DNA of 63,639 nt, filler included, from Guillardia theta CCMP2712 (taxonomy: Eukaryota > Protista > Cryptophyta): NCBI RefSeq assembly GCF_000315625.1. It is 7 parts of 7 records of this genome, joined end to end, with 100 filler letters (N's around TTAATTAATTAA, not from the genome) between each part and the next. Parts side by side here need not be neighbours in the genome. Positions count along the whole stretch, not along the records: positions 34,433 to 55,249 come from NW_005434605.1; 6 more parts are not named here. The stretch is one strand, 5' to 3'. Numbering within the stretch: position 1 is the stretch's first letter; each line of letters opens with the position of its first letter. Position numbers and translations under genes: made by a program. The notes beneath the pieces were generated by a model. That model was not told where the DNA came from and did no database searches. It worked only from the letters and a program-made list of their open reading frames with translations. Below, piece after piece: positions 39,781-52,441 of the stretch.

Positions 39781-42700
39781 ATGGCACAGAAGTTGGCGTC
39801 TGCTTTCGCGCGATGCAAGGCGAGCAACAGGACGGCGTTTGTAGGGTGAGAGCAGCAGCTCATGTCACCCTCCTCCTCCTCCTGCCTTCTTCTGGCTCAG
39901 AGCTCTTTGCTTTCTGGCCGGATTGACTCGTCCTCATCGGTCCTTGCTATCCCTACACTCGTGGATCCCCTGCAAATGCTCTTGCGCTCCTGCTGCATAT
40001 CACATCTGTCTCTGTTGCTGGAGGGATCAAGATCGTTATTCCATCCCGTCTTCCTTCTTGCCGCAGCCTCCCGGTCCTCTTCCTCTCCAGATCTCATGCA
40101 ATCATATGCCATTTCCCTGTCACCTTCACGACATTCCTGCGATTTCACGGGGCTCGGCGACTATTGCATGTGCTGTGTGGGGGAGTGGAAGAGCGTTTCA
40201 TGGAGTCTTTCTGCTGATGACGCTGACAGATATCTCACTGCCGGTTTCTTTGAGAAGGACGACACCATCCCTCTCATGCTTGCGCTGGAGGAGGGAGGCG
40301 CTGACGTGAGTCCCTTGTGACGGTTCTCGTGCGATCCAGACTTTGATATTCACCATGACGTTGTTTCAACGTGGTTTTCCTTTCATGTTCATCATGACGT
40401 TTTTCCTCTAATGGTCATCATGACACTCTTTCAACGTGTTTCCTTGTGGTTCTGAACTATGTTGCCATCGTGCGGGGAGCGTGCTTGTCAACATCGTGCA
40501 CCTTGCCTCATCCATGTTGTTCTACTTGCCGTCTCTCTATTCACAGCTTGTTTCCTCTCTCCTCTCCCTCCTCCTCCTCCTTCCTCCCTCACGAGTTTCC
40601 TCAGGTCATCGAGTGCGGCGTCCCCTTTACTGACCCCATGGCGGACGGCACAACCATCCAGAAGGCCAATGAGGTGACGCTAACATCGCAGGAGAAGTCG
40701 GAGTCTGACGAACATTCGCAGGTTGCCATCGCTAATGGCGTGGTGGGGACCAAGGGATGTATCGACATGGTAAAGTTTGAGGAGGAGAGAGGAGGGGAGG
40801 AGGGGAGGAGGGAGGATAGGAGTGATGAGGAACGCAAGGTCAAGGAAGCGCGCAAGAAAGGTCTCAAGGTTCCTGTCGTGCTCATGGGATACTACAATCC
40901 TTTCTTCATGTAAGTCCTGGTGAGTGCAAGGGAAAGAGCCCCTGATGCAGCTTCAAGGTATCCTGGAGGTATGGAACAACTCGGGAAAGATTGTCAGGAA
41001 GCGGAAGTGAATGGATTCATCATGGTCGATCTTCCAGTGGAAGAAGCAGGAGAGGTGATCAAAACTTGTCTCCTCAAAGTTATGTGCTTCTTCTTCTTCT
41101 TCTTCTTCTTCTTCTTCTCCCGTCCGTCCTTTCCATCCTCCCGTTCCCCCCTTCCCCCCTCCTTGCCTTTCTCCTCCTCTTTGACCTTTCACCTACCTTG
41201 AGACGGTTCTGGATCAGGTGTTGACCATGTGCCGGAAGTACGACCTCAGCTTCGTCCCCCTCCTCGGTGGGTCTTGACAATCTCAGGGATCAGCTTGCAT
41301 GACACTGTCTGCAGCTCCGACAAGCACTGATGAGAGGATCGAGAAGTTGGCAAAGACTGCATCCTCGTGGATTTATGCTGTGAGCCCGAGGAAGGAGCAG
41401 AGGGGAGAGGAGAGGGTTAGACGATGGAGATAAGGTCGAGGAAGAGAGGAAATGCAATAGGGGGAGGGAGGGAGGGAGGGAGGGAGGGAGGGAGGGAGGA
41501 GCGATCTTCAGATGATGTGAGTGGTTCAGGAGATGACTCTGCTGCTTGTGACAGGTTTCCGTCACTGGCGTCACTGGCGCTCGTTCCGATTTGTCAGCTG
41601 GTATGGATGAGCGTTTCCTCTCCTCTCCTCTCGTCGTCGGCTCCTCTTTTCATCAAGCTTACGTCCCTTGCTCCGTTCCTCCTCACTCTCCATCCTCTCA
41701 CACCTTGGCCAGATCTCCCCTCCTTTCTCGCCAGGATCAGGAAGCACACGGACGTTCCTGTTGCCGTTGGCTTCGGAGTCTCCAAGAGAGAGCATGTTCT
41801 GCAGCTTGGCAAGCTTGGTCAGAGAAGAGAAGGCGGAGGAGGCGAGCGAGAGGACTGAAAGCGTTGCAGGTGCTGACGGAGCTGTCGTTGGCTCTGCGAT
41901 CATCAATGCCATCCAGAACGCCAAGAACAGTGAGGATCGTGTGGTGCAGGTACAGGAGGAGCAGGAGGAGAAGCGGCTGAGGGATTGAGGAGCGAGAGGA
42001 GGGAGAAGGGGATGCAAAAGGAGAGGGCGTGTGGTTGAACTTTTCTGTCAGATCAAGAAGTTGGTCTCGGAGCTCACGGAAGGTCCTTGCGACCCGGCAG
42101 TGCAGGATGGTGGAGCGAAGCCACGAGTCGTTTCTGAGCCCGAGAAGAACCCTGCGGTATTCCCCCTCCCCTTCTTCCTCTTTTTCCCTCGCCCCATCAC
42201 TCTCTCCCCCTTCTCCGCTTGCTGACGTGCCTCCCTGATCTTCCTGCTCATGCTTACAACTGTCTCTCTTTCCTTGTGCTCTTTCTGTCCTCCCCTGACC
42301 TCGTTCACAGTACGCCTTTGGAGAGTTCGGAGGAAGGTACATCCCCGAGACGCTTGTAGAGGTGCAACAGCAACACCTCAGCTTCTCCCTCCTCCCTCCT
42401 CCACCTTCTCTCCCTTTGCTCTTCCTCTCTCTCTGTACCGCTCCCCTCCCTCCTCGTCTTTCATCCCTATCCCTGATCCCCCCCCCCTCCCTTCCTCCTC
42501 AACAGCTCCTCCTCCTCTCACCGACTCCTGGGCAGGCGCATGAAGATCTCGAGAAGCGCTACAACGAGGCCATCAATGACCCAGAGTTCCTCAAGGAGGT
42601 CGACAGATATCGCAGAGAGTACATCGGAGGACCCACCCCCCTCTACTTCGCCAAGAACCTCACTGAGAAGGTCCTGCTTCTGCTCATTCTTCTTCCGCCG

Positions 42701-44986
42701 CTTCTGCTCCTCCTCCTCTACTGCCGCCGCCGCCGAAACCACCACCTGCTCCTCCTGCCGCTCCTCCTCCTCCTTGTCCCGCAGCTCCTCCTCCTTCACC
42801 ACCACCGCCACCACCTGCTCCTCCTGCCGCTCCTCCTATGTTCTCACACCCTGCACGAGCTCGTCCTCCTTCTCCATGTCTTATCTGTTTGCAGATGGGA
42901 GGAGCTCAGATTTGGCTCAAGCGCGAGTGCCTCGCTCACACTGGAGCCCACAAGATCAACAACGCTTTGGGACAGGTGAATCCCCCTTCCCCTCCCTCTT
43001 CCCTTGTTGCTGCTCCTGCTCCTCCTCTTTTCCGTTCTACTTTCCTTCTTTCTTCTCTTCCGCCTCTTCCCCCCCTCTGATTCTTGTTCAGGCTCTCCTC
43101 GCCAAGCGTCTGGGCAAGGAAAGGATCATCTGTGAGACCGGAGCAGGACAGCATGGCGTTGCCACCGCGACTGCCTGCGCGCTTCTTGGCATGAAGTGTG
43201 TGGTGTACATGGGAGCAGAGGACTGCAGGAGGCAGTCGCTCAACGTCTTCCGCATCAAGATGCTCGGAGCTGAAGTTGTTCCTGTCAAGACCGGCTCTGA
43301 GACCCTCAAGGTCCTATCTCGCTCCCCTCCTTGCTCGCTCCCCTCCTTCCTCGCTCCCCTCCTTCCTCTTCGCTTCTCTCTTCCTACTTTTGCCCTCCCC
43401 ACTTGCCGCTTCCCTCCCTCAATCATGAGCATCTTCCCTCCTCCCGTGATCCTCACCGTCCTCATCCTCCCGCCTCCTCTCCTCTCCTCCCTTCCCTACT
43501 CACCTTTCTCCAGGATGCCATCAACGAGGCCATGCGCGACTGGGTCACCAACGTGAGGGACACTCACTACATCATCGGCTCAGCCATCGGCCCCCATCCC
43601 TTCCCCACCATCGTCCGCGACTTCCAGTCCGTCATCGGTAAGGAGGCGCGAGCTCAGATGCTCGAGAAGGTTGGGCGACTTCCCGACGCCATCGTCGCCT
43701 GTGTGGGAGGAGGTTCCAACGCCATCGGCCTCTTCCATCCCTTCGTGAATGACAAGTCCGTCAAGATCTACGGGGTGAGGACCCTTGTGTCCTCCTCACA
43801 GCGCTCCATTCTCCCTGCTCTCCCCTCCCTCCTCCTTGCCTTCTCCCTCGGCCTTGTTCTCCCTCCCTTTCTCCCACTCCTGCCTCCTCTCTGTTGACTT
43901 GCCCCCCCCCCGCCCCCCCCTCGCCTCTCTCTCCGCCTACGTTTCCTTCCTCTCTGTTACTGTTCTCGGGATTGAAGAGAGCCGTCAGGTGGAGGCAGGA
44001 GGAGAGAAAGGTCTTGAAGGCAAGCACTCAGCCACTCTCTCTGCTGGCCGTCCGGGAGTTCTCCACGGCACTCGCACCTACTTGCTCCAGGATGACGAAG
44101 GGCAGATCCAAGAAACCCACAGGTACCACAACCACAACCACCACCACCTCCACCTCCACCTCCACCACCAGCTCCTCATCCTCCTCATCCTCCTCCTCCT
44201 CGTGCACCACCACCATCACCACCACCATCACCGTGCTCTGACGTCACTCTCTGACGTCACTGGCAGTATCTCGGCAGGCCTTGACTATCCTGGTGTCGGT
44301 CCTGAGCACGCCTTCCTCAAGGACAGCGGACGCGCTGAGTATGGCGTCGTCACCGACTCGCAAGCGCTCGAAGCTATGCAGACCCTGTACTTTCCTGCCC
44401 CTCCTCGATTTCTTCCTCCCTCGCTCTCCTTCTCCCGCTCTCCTCTTCACTCTCCCTCCCCCCTCTTACTCTCGTTCCTCCTCCCTCCTCCCCTCCCTCC
44501 TCTTACTCTTCCGTCTTAGCTATCCCGTGCGTTCATTTCCTCCCCCTTGGCTTGTTCCTCGTCCCTCCCCTGAAACGTCTGGCAGGTCCAAGTGTGAGGG
44601 GATCATCCCGGCCCTCGAGCCTTCACACGCCATCTACTACGGCATGCAGCTCGCCAAGAAGATGAAGAGCGACGAGATCGTCCTCATCAACTGCTGCGGC
44701 CGTGGCGACAAGGACATGATCACGGTGAGGGTGGGGAGAAGGAGATGTGGAACGAGTGCAGAGATCGGAAAGAGAGTGTCCGAACATGCTCTTGCTCTCA
44801 GATACAGTTGCTTGTGCTCCTTGACATTACTCGTGGAGTCTTTTGACTGTCATCTTTATATGTTCTGGTTGTTACTGTGTCGTCTCCTCATCTCTTGTCC
44901 AGGTTGCAAAGGCGCTCGGCCATGAGGTCGACATGAGCAGTGAGGGGCAGGAGATGGGCCGTGAGAACAAGAAGCAGAAGATCTGA
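39781..44986 (+). CDS. TRP5: Tryptophan synthase, fused alpha+beta polypeptide (TRP5-like), many exons
   Basis: Alpha part: [75 protein letters not shown]. Beta part: [37 protein letters not shown] (PLP Lys), [55 protein letters not shown]. Confidence 0.96.
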
Positions 44987-45289
44987 GGTGCTTGTCTTGC
45001 TCCGGGTCAATAAATCCTACTGTCACGTCCTAGCAAACTGGCCAGGAGGACAACTCGCTGTCCTTGCACGTTCTCTTCTCACCTTGAACTATGATAATGT
45101 CCTAGTGCTCCCACGTACACGTCCGCGCAATAGCTGATCCTCTTAATCCTTCCGATCCCCTCTCCTCTCCCCTCGATCCCCTCCCCTTCTGCAGATCCCC
45201 TCTCCTTGTGCAGATCCTCTCTCCATTCATGACCATTCGCCAAATTCAGGATAATTTTTCGATTTCTTCAAATCACTTCTACTAATTTT

Positions 45290-46030
45290 GAATATTTAAC
45301 CATCCACATTAGGGTACGCACCCGTAGCACCAACCTGAGGCAAGCTCAGAGCAAGCAAGGCTTGCGACCCTACTGATGACCCCACCCACTCAAGTATTGA
45401 AAAAGGACCGGTGGTGAGATAGGAGCATGAGTTCCCAAGGAAAGATAGAGTGTACTGAGAACCCCGTAACCAAGTAAAATCTCCAGATCTCAATCTCGAG
45501 ATCGCAACGTCTCGCATTCCACGTATGTTTCTGACTGTCAGCAAGGAATCGCATTCAACTCCTTGAACAAGGGGAAGGGTGGGGTTCGAGGCGTATCCAT
45601 CTTATGACGGGTCCTTCTCTGTGTTTTAGTATTCTATTTTCTCCTAGGGGGTGGGGTCATATTTGTGTTGCCGAAACGACGCAAGGAGATCCCTTGGGTG
45701 TCGCAATCTCCGTATCACTCAGACTACCCACCCCTAAATAGACCTCACATCTTGGGGGTATTTCGCGCAAAGGCAAGGATTAACTCAGATTCGACTACCC
45801 CTACCCTAACGATGTTACCCTCTTCGGCACGTGGACGGATGTACCGGACATCCCTTCAAAACCATAGGAGATTCATTGAAAATCTCTACTGCTCACCCCT
45901 ATGCCAATTTTGACCCTCACCACCACCCACCCCTCTCGGATGCACCCTCTCGGTACGGTGCCCGAAACGTTGTGAATTTGGATATATCCACTCACGTCCC
46001 TCCGGCTCCTCCCCCCTATAAAATAACGAC
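45290..46030. promoter_or_regulatory. GGGGT/ACCCC motif island
   Basis: Same word set as the other islands; contains a 27-nt motif shared with 62940-62966. Confidence 0.35.
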
Positions 46031-46111
46031 GACCCTCCTCTCTCCGCCGTCCCTCCCGCCTTCACTTCGTCCTCCAATTCTTCACCTCGCCGGTTCGAAC
46101 AACGATCAACC

Positions 46112-46426
46112 ATGAGGAGAACCCTTGAGCACTCCCATGCCGAGCAAATTCCACCACCCATCTTTCAGCAGCTTGCTTCCCGCCCAGATGACATGATGGA
46201 TTCGAACTACGACCAAGAAGAAACGGAAATGGAGCTATCCTATGTTCCTGACCAGTATCTTTCACCACGAAGGGATGGCAATATCGAAGGAAGGACACTT
46301 AGAAAGGGAGTGCACGACGGATTTCCAGACAGAAGCAAACAGTTAGCAGCCTTGCAAGCTTCGATCAGAATGATCGAAGAGAAGAGAACGATCTTGAGTG
46401 CATTGGGAGAGGAGCTTGAGCTCTAA
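46112..46426 (+). CDS. Short hypothetical protein with C-terminal coiled coil
   Basis: 104-aa ORF with a good ATG context (ACCATG) directly after a motif island; no recognised family. Confidence 0.4.
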   Translation: MRRTLEHSHAEQIPPPIFQQLASRPDDMMDSNYDQEETEMELSYVPDQYLSPRRDGNIEGRTLRKGVHDGFPDRSKQLAALQASIRMIEEKRTILSALGEELEL

Positions 46427-46885
46427 AGCCATCTAAGGCTTGAGTGAGCTATGTAAAATATGAATATTGATTGTAAAGAAGTAAAGGACGATACCAATGA
46501 GCCAAGAATTGGAAGGCACTGGTACCGGTAGGCAGTGGGGCAGTAGGAGAAGAGAAAGTCACCGGCGGTATGTCGGGTCATACAACCGTGACTCTTGATG
46601 AGGCCCATGACTCTGATCGCACCATCTGGAGGGCAGAAAATTTCACTAGAACCTAAAGGTCGTATCGAAAATTTCACAGACACAAAACTTCCAAGCTTTT
46701 TGAGAGTGAACAAATGTACAACAGTAAATGTGCAATGCCCCGAGCATCGGTATCTGAGCAGACTAGTCCCGTCAATAATTCTACGCTTTAGCATCTATTC
46801 ATCCTCAGGTCTCTATGGTGAGGTGGTAAAAACAAACACGCATCAGCGACATTCCAATGAAGCCTGCATCAGGTTCGACAAACAG

Positions 46886-48026
46886 TCACGTGAGCTTTTT
46901 GATAAGAAGTTCCAGTACGAGACCCATCGTAACATTCAAAGCAGATACGTCGCTCCTTAGCCCGGATACGTCGCTCCTCAGCTCATCGAGCCTCCTGGCC
47001 ACATCCTCCTTCAGATCTTGTATGACACCAGAAATATTCCTGTACGGAGTGTAAATCAAAACAAACGGTATGCTTCCAGTATCCACAAACGACGTCAATG
47101 CATTATGATCAGAGATCAGAGATCAGAGATCAGAGAGAAGAATCTGCTTAAACATCCACTGACAACCTCAAACTCCTGTCTGTTAACAAACCCATCGCCG
47201 CAATCTTGCTGTCTTCGCCCATCATCTCACTCTTCAATATATTGTACAGCCGATTGACCTGGAACAGCTTTTCAAAGATTTTGCCAGGCGTCTCCGTGAT
47301 TTCAAAGCAGATGTACTCGACTCCATGCTTTCCATATATCCTTATATCCTGAGCGGGGTTGACGACCACGTCCTTGAAGATGGTTTGAAGATCAGTGTCC
47401 TTTTCAAAGGTCAAGCACAAGTCCGCTTGATATTCCGATATTGTTGCGGGGTCAATACGTTTACCTTCCATCCCACTGATCCTCAAAGGATCATTCTGTC
47501 TTGTGGTGCACTCTGTGTACTACACTTCGCACGCGGCGAACACCACTTGGTTTAATCTTTCAGCGAATTCTTTTGTGAGAATGCCACTCTCTACGAGCTT
47601 GCTTCTCGTCTCCTCGTCCACTGGGAGTTTCTCCCGTCGATGAAAGCCTACACTTGCACATCTGCTGAAGATCGAGCTTTCGAAAGAGCTCATGCTCGGG
47701 TGGTTGGCGGGAGAATTGATGTATTGGCAGTCAGCCTTGCCCTGCTGCATGATTCTTGGCAGCATTTGCGGCGAGGTCTGCCTGTGATAACACCTCTGCT
47801 GCAAGCTCTGCCTGTGGTAGTATGTAGAAGACCTCTGCTGCAAGCTCTGCCTGTGGTAGTATGTAGAAGACCTCTGCTGCAAGCTCTGCCTGTGGTAGTA
47901 TGTAGAAGACCTCTGCTGCAAGCTCTGCCTGTGGTGGTATGTCGAGAAAGATTGGAAGTAGCTGTCCACATGCTCTGGCAAGAACACGAGCACGAGTGCC
48001 AGCACGACTGCTTGTGCTGCAAGCAT
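46886..48026 (-). CDS. Hypothetical protein: signal peptide, repeat-containing transit-like region, possible PD-(D/E)xK-like domain, coiled coil
   Basis: MLAAQAVVLALVLVFLPEHVDS-YF; about four copies of SSTYYHRQSLQQR; EYQADLCLTF...YICFEITETPGKIFEKLFQV; heptads LRSDVSG-LRSDVSA. Exons are separated by short GT-AG introns. Confidence 0.6.
47792..47945. repeat. 39-bp coding minisatellite, about 4 copies
   Basis: Unit ACCTCTGCTGCAAGCTCTGCCTGTGGTAGTATGTAGAAG starts at 47792, 47831, 47870 and 47909. Confidence 0.95.
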
Positions 48027-48049
48027 GGCACCATAACGCACACCATAAC

Positions 48050-48480
48050 GCACAGGACCCCTACCCCCAAAAGATCCGGAGTAGTGTGCCACGTGGGCAC
48101 CTCCCTCCACCATTTCCCACCCCTTACATCACCAAATGTCCCACCCCTACCCCACCTTCTTATTGCTCCACCCACCCAGTCGGGCTCGACTCATGATCTC
48201 GTGGGGTACTTGGGACTGGAAGGATGATGGGGTGGGATATTTTTTCAGTCATTGTGGGGGTAGGGGTACCAGTTTGCTACACCTGCTCCTCAATGTTTTG
48301 AAGTGATGTTCGAACCACCCCTTTATATACCACCCCACCTACAAAGTACCCCACCTACAAATAGTACCCCACCATTGATGTTACTACCCACGGTATATAA
48401 TCATCTCCCCGTGGGAGCAAGGGTCCTGAGTTTGAGGATCATGCTGGGCAGGGAGGGCGGGGCGGGGGGGAGGGTGACGA
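48050..48480. promoter_or_regulatory. GGGGT/ACCCC motif island between divergent genes
   Basis: Dense TACCCCACC and GGGGTA words, with a local repeat ACCCCACCTACAAA x2. Confidence 0.35.
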
Positions 48481-48851
48481 TGGCGGAGGAGGCGGCGGTT
48501 TGATGAAGGAAGAAGAAAACGTGTATGTTGAGGAGCAGAAGATAAAGGAGAGAAAGCACACAGATTGTTGTTGATGCTTTAGAATTTGTGCACGCACGAC
48601 TTCTTCTGCTCGTGAATTCGCGCGCCAGTGGCCCGAGCGCCGAGTTTGAAACTAGCTCAGAAAGTGAGACTATGCAAAGTGATGCTCCAAGAATACTTGA
48701 GACTAGGAACCAATAGTTCAAACCATCACGAGCTCAAACTGACTCTGCAACCCTACTTTGGTCACCTTGGCTCCTCTATTTGTACTGACCGCTTGCTTTC
48801 CAGATGCGTTCCCTCTGAACTTGCTAGTAGACAGTGACTGAACTCGGTGCC

Positions 48852-51800
48852 ATGATGATTCCTACAACTGTTTTGATCCTCAGTTCCTTCCTCTGCCTCA
48901 CCTCTGCCTTCTACCTGCCTGGAGTTGCCCCGAGGAAGTACAGGCATGGCGAGAAACTGACCGTGAAAGTCAATACGTTAACGTCGGATTTGACCCCTCT
49001 TCAGGTCCTCTCCCTCACAACCCCTCCCCCTTGTTTGTCTTCTCTCCCTCACGATCCCCCCTGCCCCCCCCCCCCCCCTCCCCAAACTATTCATCTTCTG
49101 ACCCTCAGATCCTAGTTCGATTACTACAACCTTCCTTTCTGTGAGCCCAAGGGCGGAGAAAAAGAGCTCGCAGAGAATCTCGGTGAAGTGCTGGCGGGGG
49201 AGAGGACGGAGACCAGTGCTTACAAGCTGCACACCAACGTCTCCCGACTATGTGAGGGCCGGCAGGACTCTTCACGCCATGATCCTGACCCATGGAACCT
49301 CTACAGGCAAGGTTGCTTGCAAGAAGAAATGGAAGCCCAGGGCGGTCCAAGATTTCCGCAACTTCGCCAGCACCAACTTCCGTAAGCTCCTGTGATGGCT
49401 GGGGCACTTGTCTGACGAGGAGATGATGATGATCAGGTGCGAACATGCGACTGGACAATCTTCCTGGAGCAGAGCTCGTTGTCTTCCGCGATCAGCGAGG
49501 ACAGGAGTTCGTCTCGTGAGTGGAGGAGCAAGACGACTTTCTTGCTTGCCTGACCTTGTTGCTTGTTCCGCTACTTGCAGTTATCGTCTTGGATACCCTT
49601 TGGCAGAATCTTACGGAAAGAATGGATCGCAGTTCTATGTCAACAACCATCTCCGCATCACCATCAAGTGAGCATCCTCCTGCATTGCTCAACTTCCATC
49701 GTCTCGCGCCATCATCTGCTAATGGTCTTGGTTCGCCCAGGTATCACGATGTGCAGACTGCAGGCACTCGCCTGGAGAAGATCGAGGAGCCCGGAGTTCT
49801 CATCGTCGGGTTCGAGCTCAAGGCTATGAGTGTGGAACATCAGTATGTTGGTACGAGCGACAGCCTCCGTTCTCACCCTTCCTCCTCACCCTTCCTCTAG
49901 GTGACTGGGACGATTCCTGTGTTGCAAAGAATACCTGCCCTCTCCTGACCTGCTCTCCTACTCGCGGTCCACTTCCAACAGCTCCCAGGATGAAGCTGCC
50001 TCCTCCCCGCAAGCCCATGGACATCATTTTCACCTACGATGTGTTGTGGGTGTACAGTGACGTCAAGTGGGCGTCCAGATGGGATGTGTACCTCAAGATG
50101 CAGACGCAGGACGACGAGATTCACTGGTTCTCTATCGTCAACTCCTCAGTCATCCTCTTCTTCCTCTCCGGAATGGTCGCCATGATCATGCTCCGCATCC
50201 TCCGCAAGGACCTCTACAGGTACAACCAGCTGGAGCAGAGCGAGGAGGCGAGAGAGGAGGCAAGGGAGGAAACAGGATGGAAGCTGATCAGTGGAGACGT
50301 GTTCCGACCTCCCAAGTTCGCAGCTCTCCTCGCCGTCTTCATCGGTAGCGGAGTTCAAGTCCTCGGCATGTCGACTTTCACCATCATCTTTGCTGTGCTG
50401 GGCTTCCTGTCTCCTTCCAATCGAGGATCCATCTTGCTATCGATGCTCCTCCTCTTCGTTCTTATGGGTCTCCCTGCTGGATATGTGAGTTGCCTCCTCT
50501 TCCTCTTCTCCTCCCTCCCCTCCTCAACATCACTGCCGTCTCCTGCTTCCCTCGCCTCCTTTCCTCCCTCCTCGCTCTCCGTCTCATTGTCTCCTGCACA
50601 GGTCTCGGCTGTCTTCTGCAAGATGTTCCGAGGCGCTGGAACCGACAGGCTGCGCAACACTCTGCTCACTGCCGTCCTCTTCCCCGGCGCCGTCTTCTTG
50701 GTTTTCTTCCTCCTCAACATGGTGCTGTGGGCCGTCAAGTCGACAGGAGCCATCCCCTTTGGAACTCTGGTGCGCAACTCAGCAACTTCCTTCGCTTCAA
50801 CTTCCCCATGCACAGGCTCCCTCAACCGCCTTCCCTCCCTGTCCCTCTTCCGCCAAACTCTCTTCGCTGCGCTGCTCCCCCTTCCCCTTCATCCTTCTGC
50901 TGCTGCTGCTCATCTCTTCTCCCTGGCTCTTGTTAGGATAGAGTTCCTCACGGCTTGTCTCAGGTTGCGCTCCTCTGCTTCTGGTTCGGCTTTTCTCTTC
51001 CCCTCGTCTTCCTCGGGAGCTACTTGGGCTTTCGCAGACCAGCATGGGAGCCGCCCGTGCGCACCAACCCGATCCCTCGCCAGGTCGCGCTCCTCCTCCT
51101 CTCTTGATCTCTTCCTCCTGGTCTATTCCATCCTGTCCGTATCTCCAACGTCCCTCCCGTTCCAGTTTCCTCCCTCTTCCCCTCTGCCGTATTTGATCGT
51201 CCGCTGCTTCCTCTCTCCTTGGCGTTCTATCTTGTTGCTTCTTATGTGCAATCAGATCCCAGATCAGCTCTGGTACATGAAGTCACTTCCAAGCATTCTC
51301 ATGGGAGGAGTTCTGCCCTTCGGAGTCGTCTTTGTCGAGCTTTTCTTTATCCTGTGTGTATCCCTAAGATCTTCTCTCCTCCTCCTCCTCCTCCTCCTGC
51401 TGCCTCTCCTCTCCTCTCCCCTTCGTCTTCCTCTCCCCGCTGATGGCGCCGCAGATCGTCGATCTGGCAGCATCGCTTCTACTACCTTTTCGGCTTCATG
51501 GCGCTGGTCCTCCTCATTCTTGTTGTCACCTGCGCCGAGATTACCATCGTCATGTGCTACTTCCAGCTCTGCTCGGAGGACTACCACTGGTAAAGTCTGT
51601 GTGGAAGTAGGACAGGGGAAGGAGGAAGGAGGTAGGACGCAGCAGTTTGAAGGCAGGAAGAGTAGAGACGAGAAAGAGGAAGAGGAAGGGAAAGAGGAAG
51701 AGGAAGGGAAAGAGGAAGCAGAAGAGGAAGAAGAGGGAGCTGCTAATCTGTGAGCAGGTGGTGGCGATCATATCTTACATCAGGAGCAAGCGCTATCTAC

Positions 51801-52258
51801 CTCTTCCTCTACGCTGGTTACTACCTGATTACTCGCATTCATCTTGCCAAGGTTGTGAAGGAGGACGAGGGAGGGATGAGGGAAGGGTTGGGATGGGAGG
51901 AACTGCAGTAAAGGGGGAGAGGGCGAAGTTGGGGCCAAAGCATCTTATCTCATACTCAGGCGACGGTTGCTTCAGCCTCAATCTTCTTCGGCTACATTGT
52001 CATCCTCTCCTATGGCTTCTTCGTCCTCACTGGTGATGATAAGGAAGAGATGGTAGTGCAGGAGCAGGAGCAGGAGCAGGAGTATGGAAAGGAGGAGGAG
52101 AGGAGAAGGAGGAGGAGGAGGAGGAGGAGAAGCGGAAGGAAAAGGGGGAGGGGGAGGGGAGGTTTCGGAAGGATGATGACTGTCTGGCAGGCTTTGCAGG
52201 ATTCATCAGCTGCTTCTTGTTCATTCGGATCATTTATTCCTCAATCAAATGCGATTAA
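48852..52258 (+). CDS. Transmembrane 9 superfamily protein (TM9SF2/4, EMP70 family), multi-exon
   Basis: Signal peptide then AFYLPGVAP; FDYYNLPFC; ENLGEVL; WASRWDVYL; IHWFSIVNS; [16 protein letters not shown]; [10 protein letters not shown]; GAIPFGT; GGVLPFG; C-terminal IYSSIKCD* (KxD/E motif). Confidence 0.95.
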
Positions 52259-52441
52259 TCGCCTCCTCCGAATCTTAAAATATTTACATGACCTATCTCC
52301 CGCTGCATCTACCACACTACTTCCTCCTCCTCCTCCTCCTTCACCTTGCTCCTCCTTCTCGCGTTCTATGTCATCACCGGCGTGTTTCTCCTCTCCCATG
52401 TTCGATCAAGCTGTCAGCTGCTCTCCTTCAGCATCCCCTCC

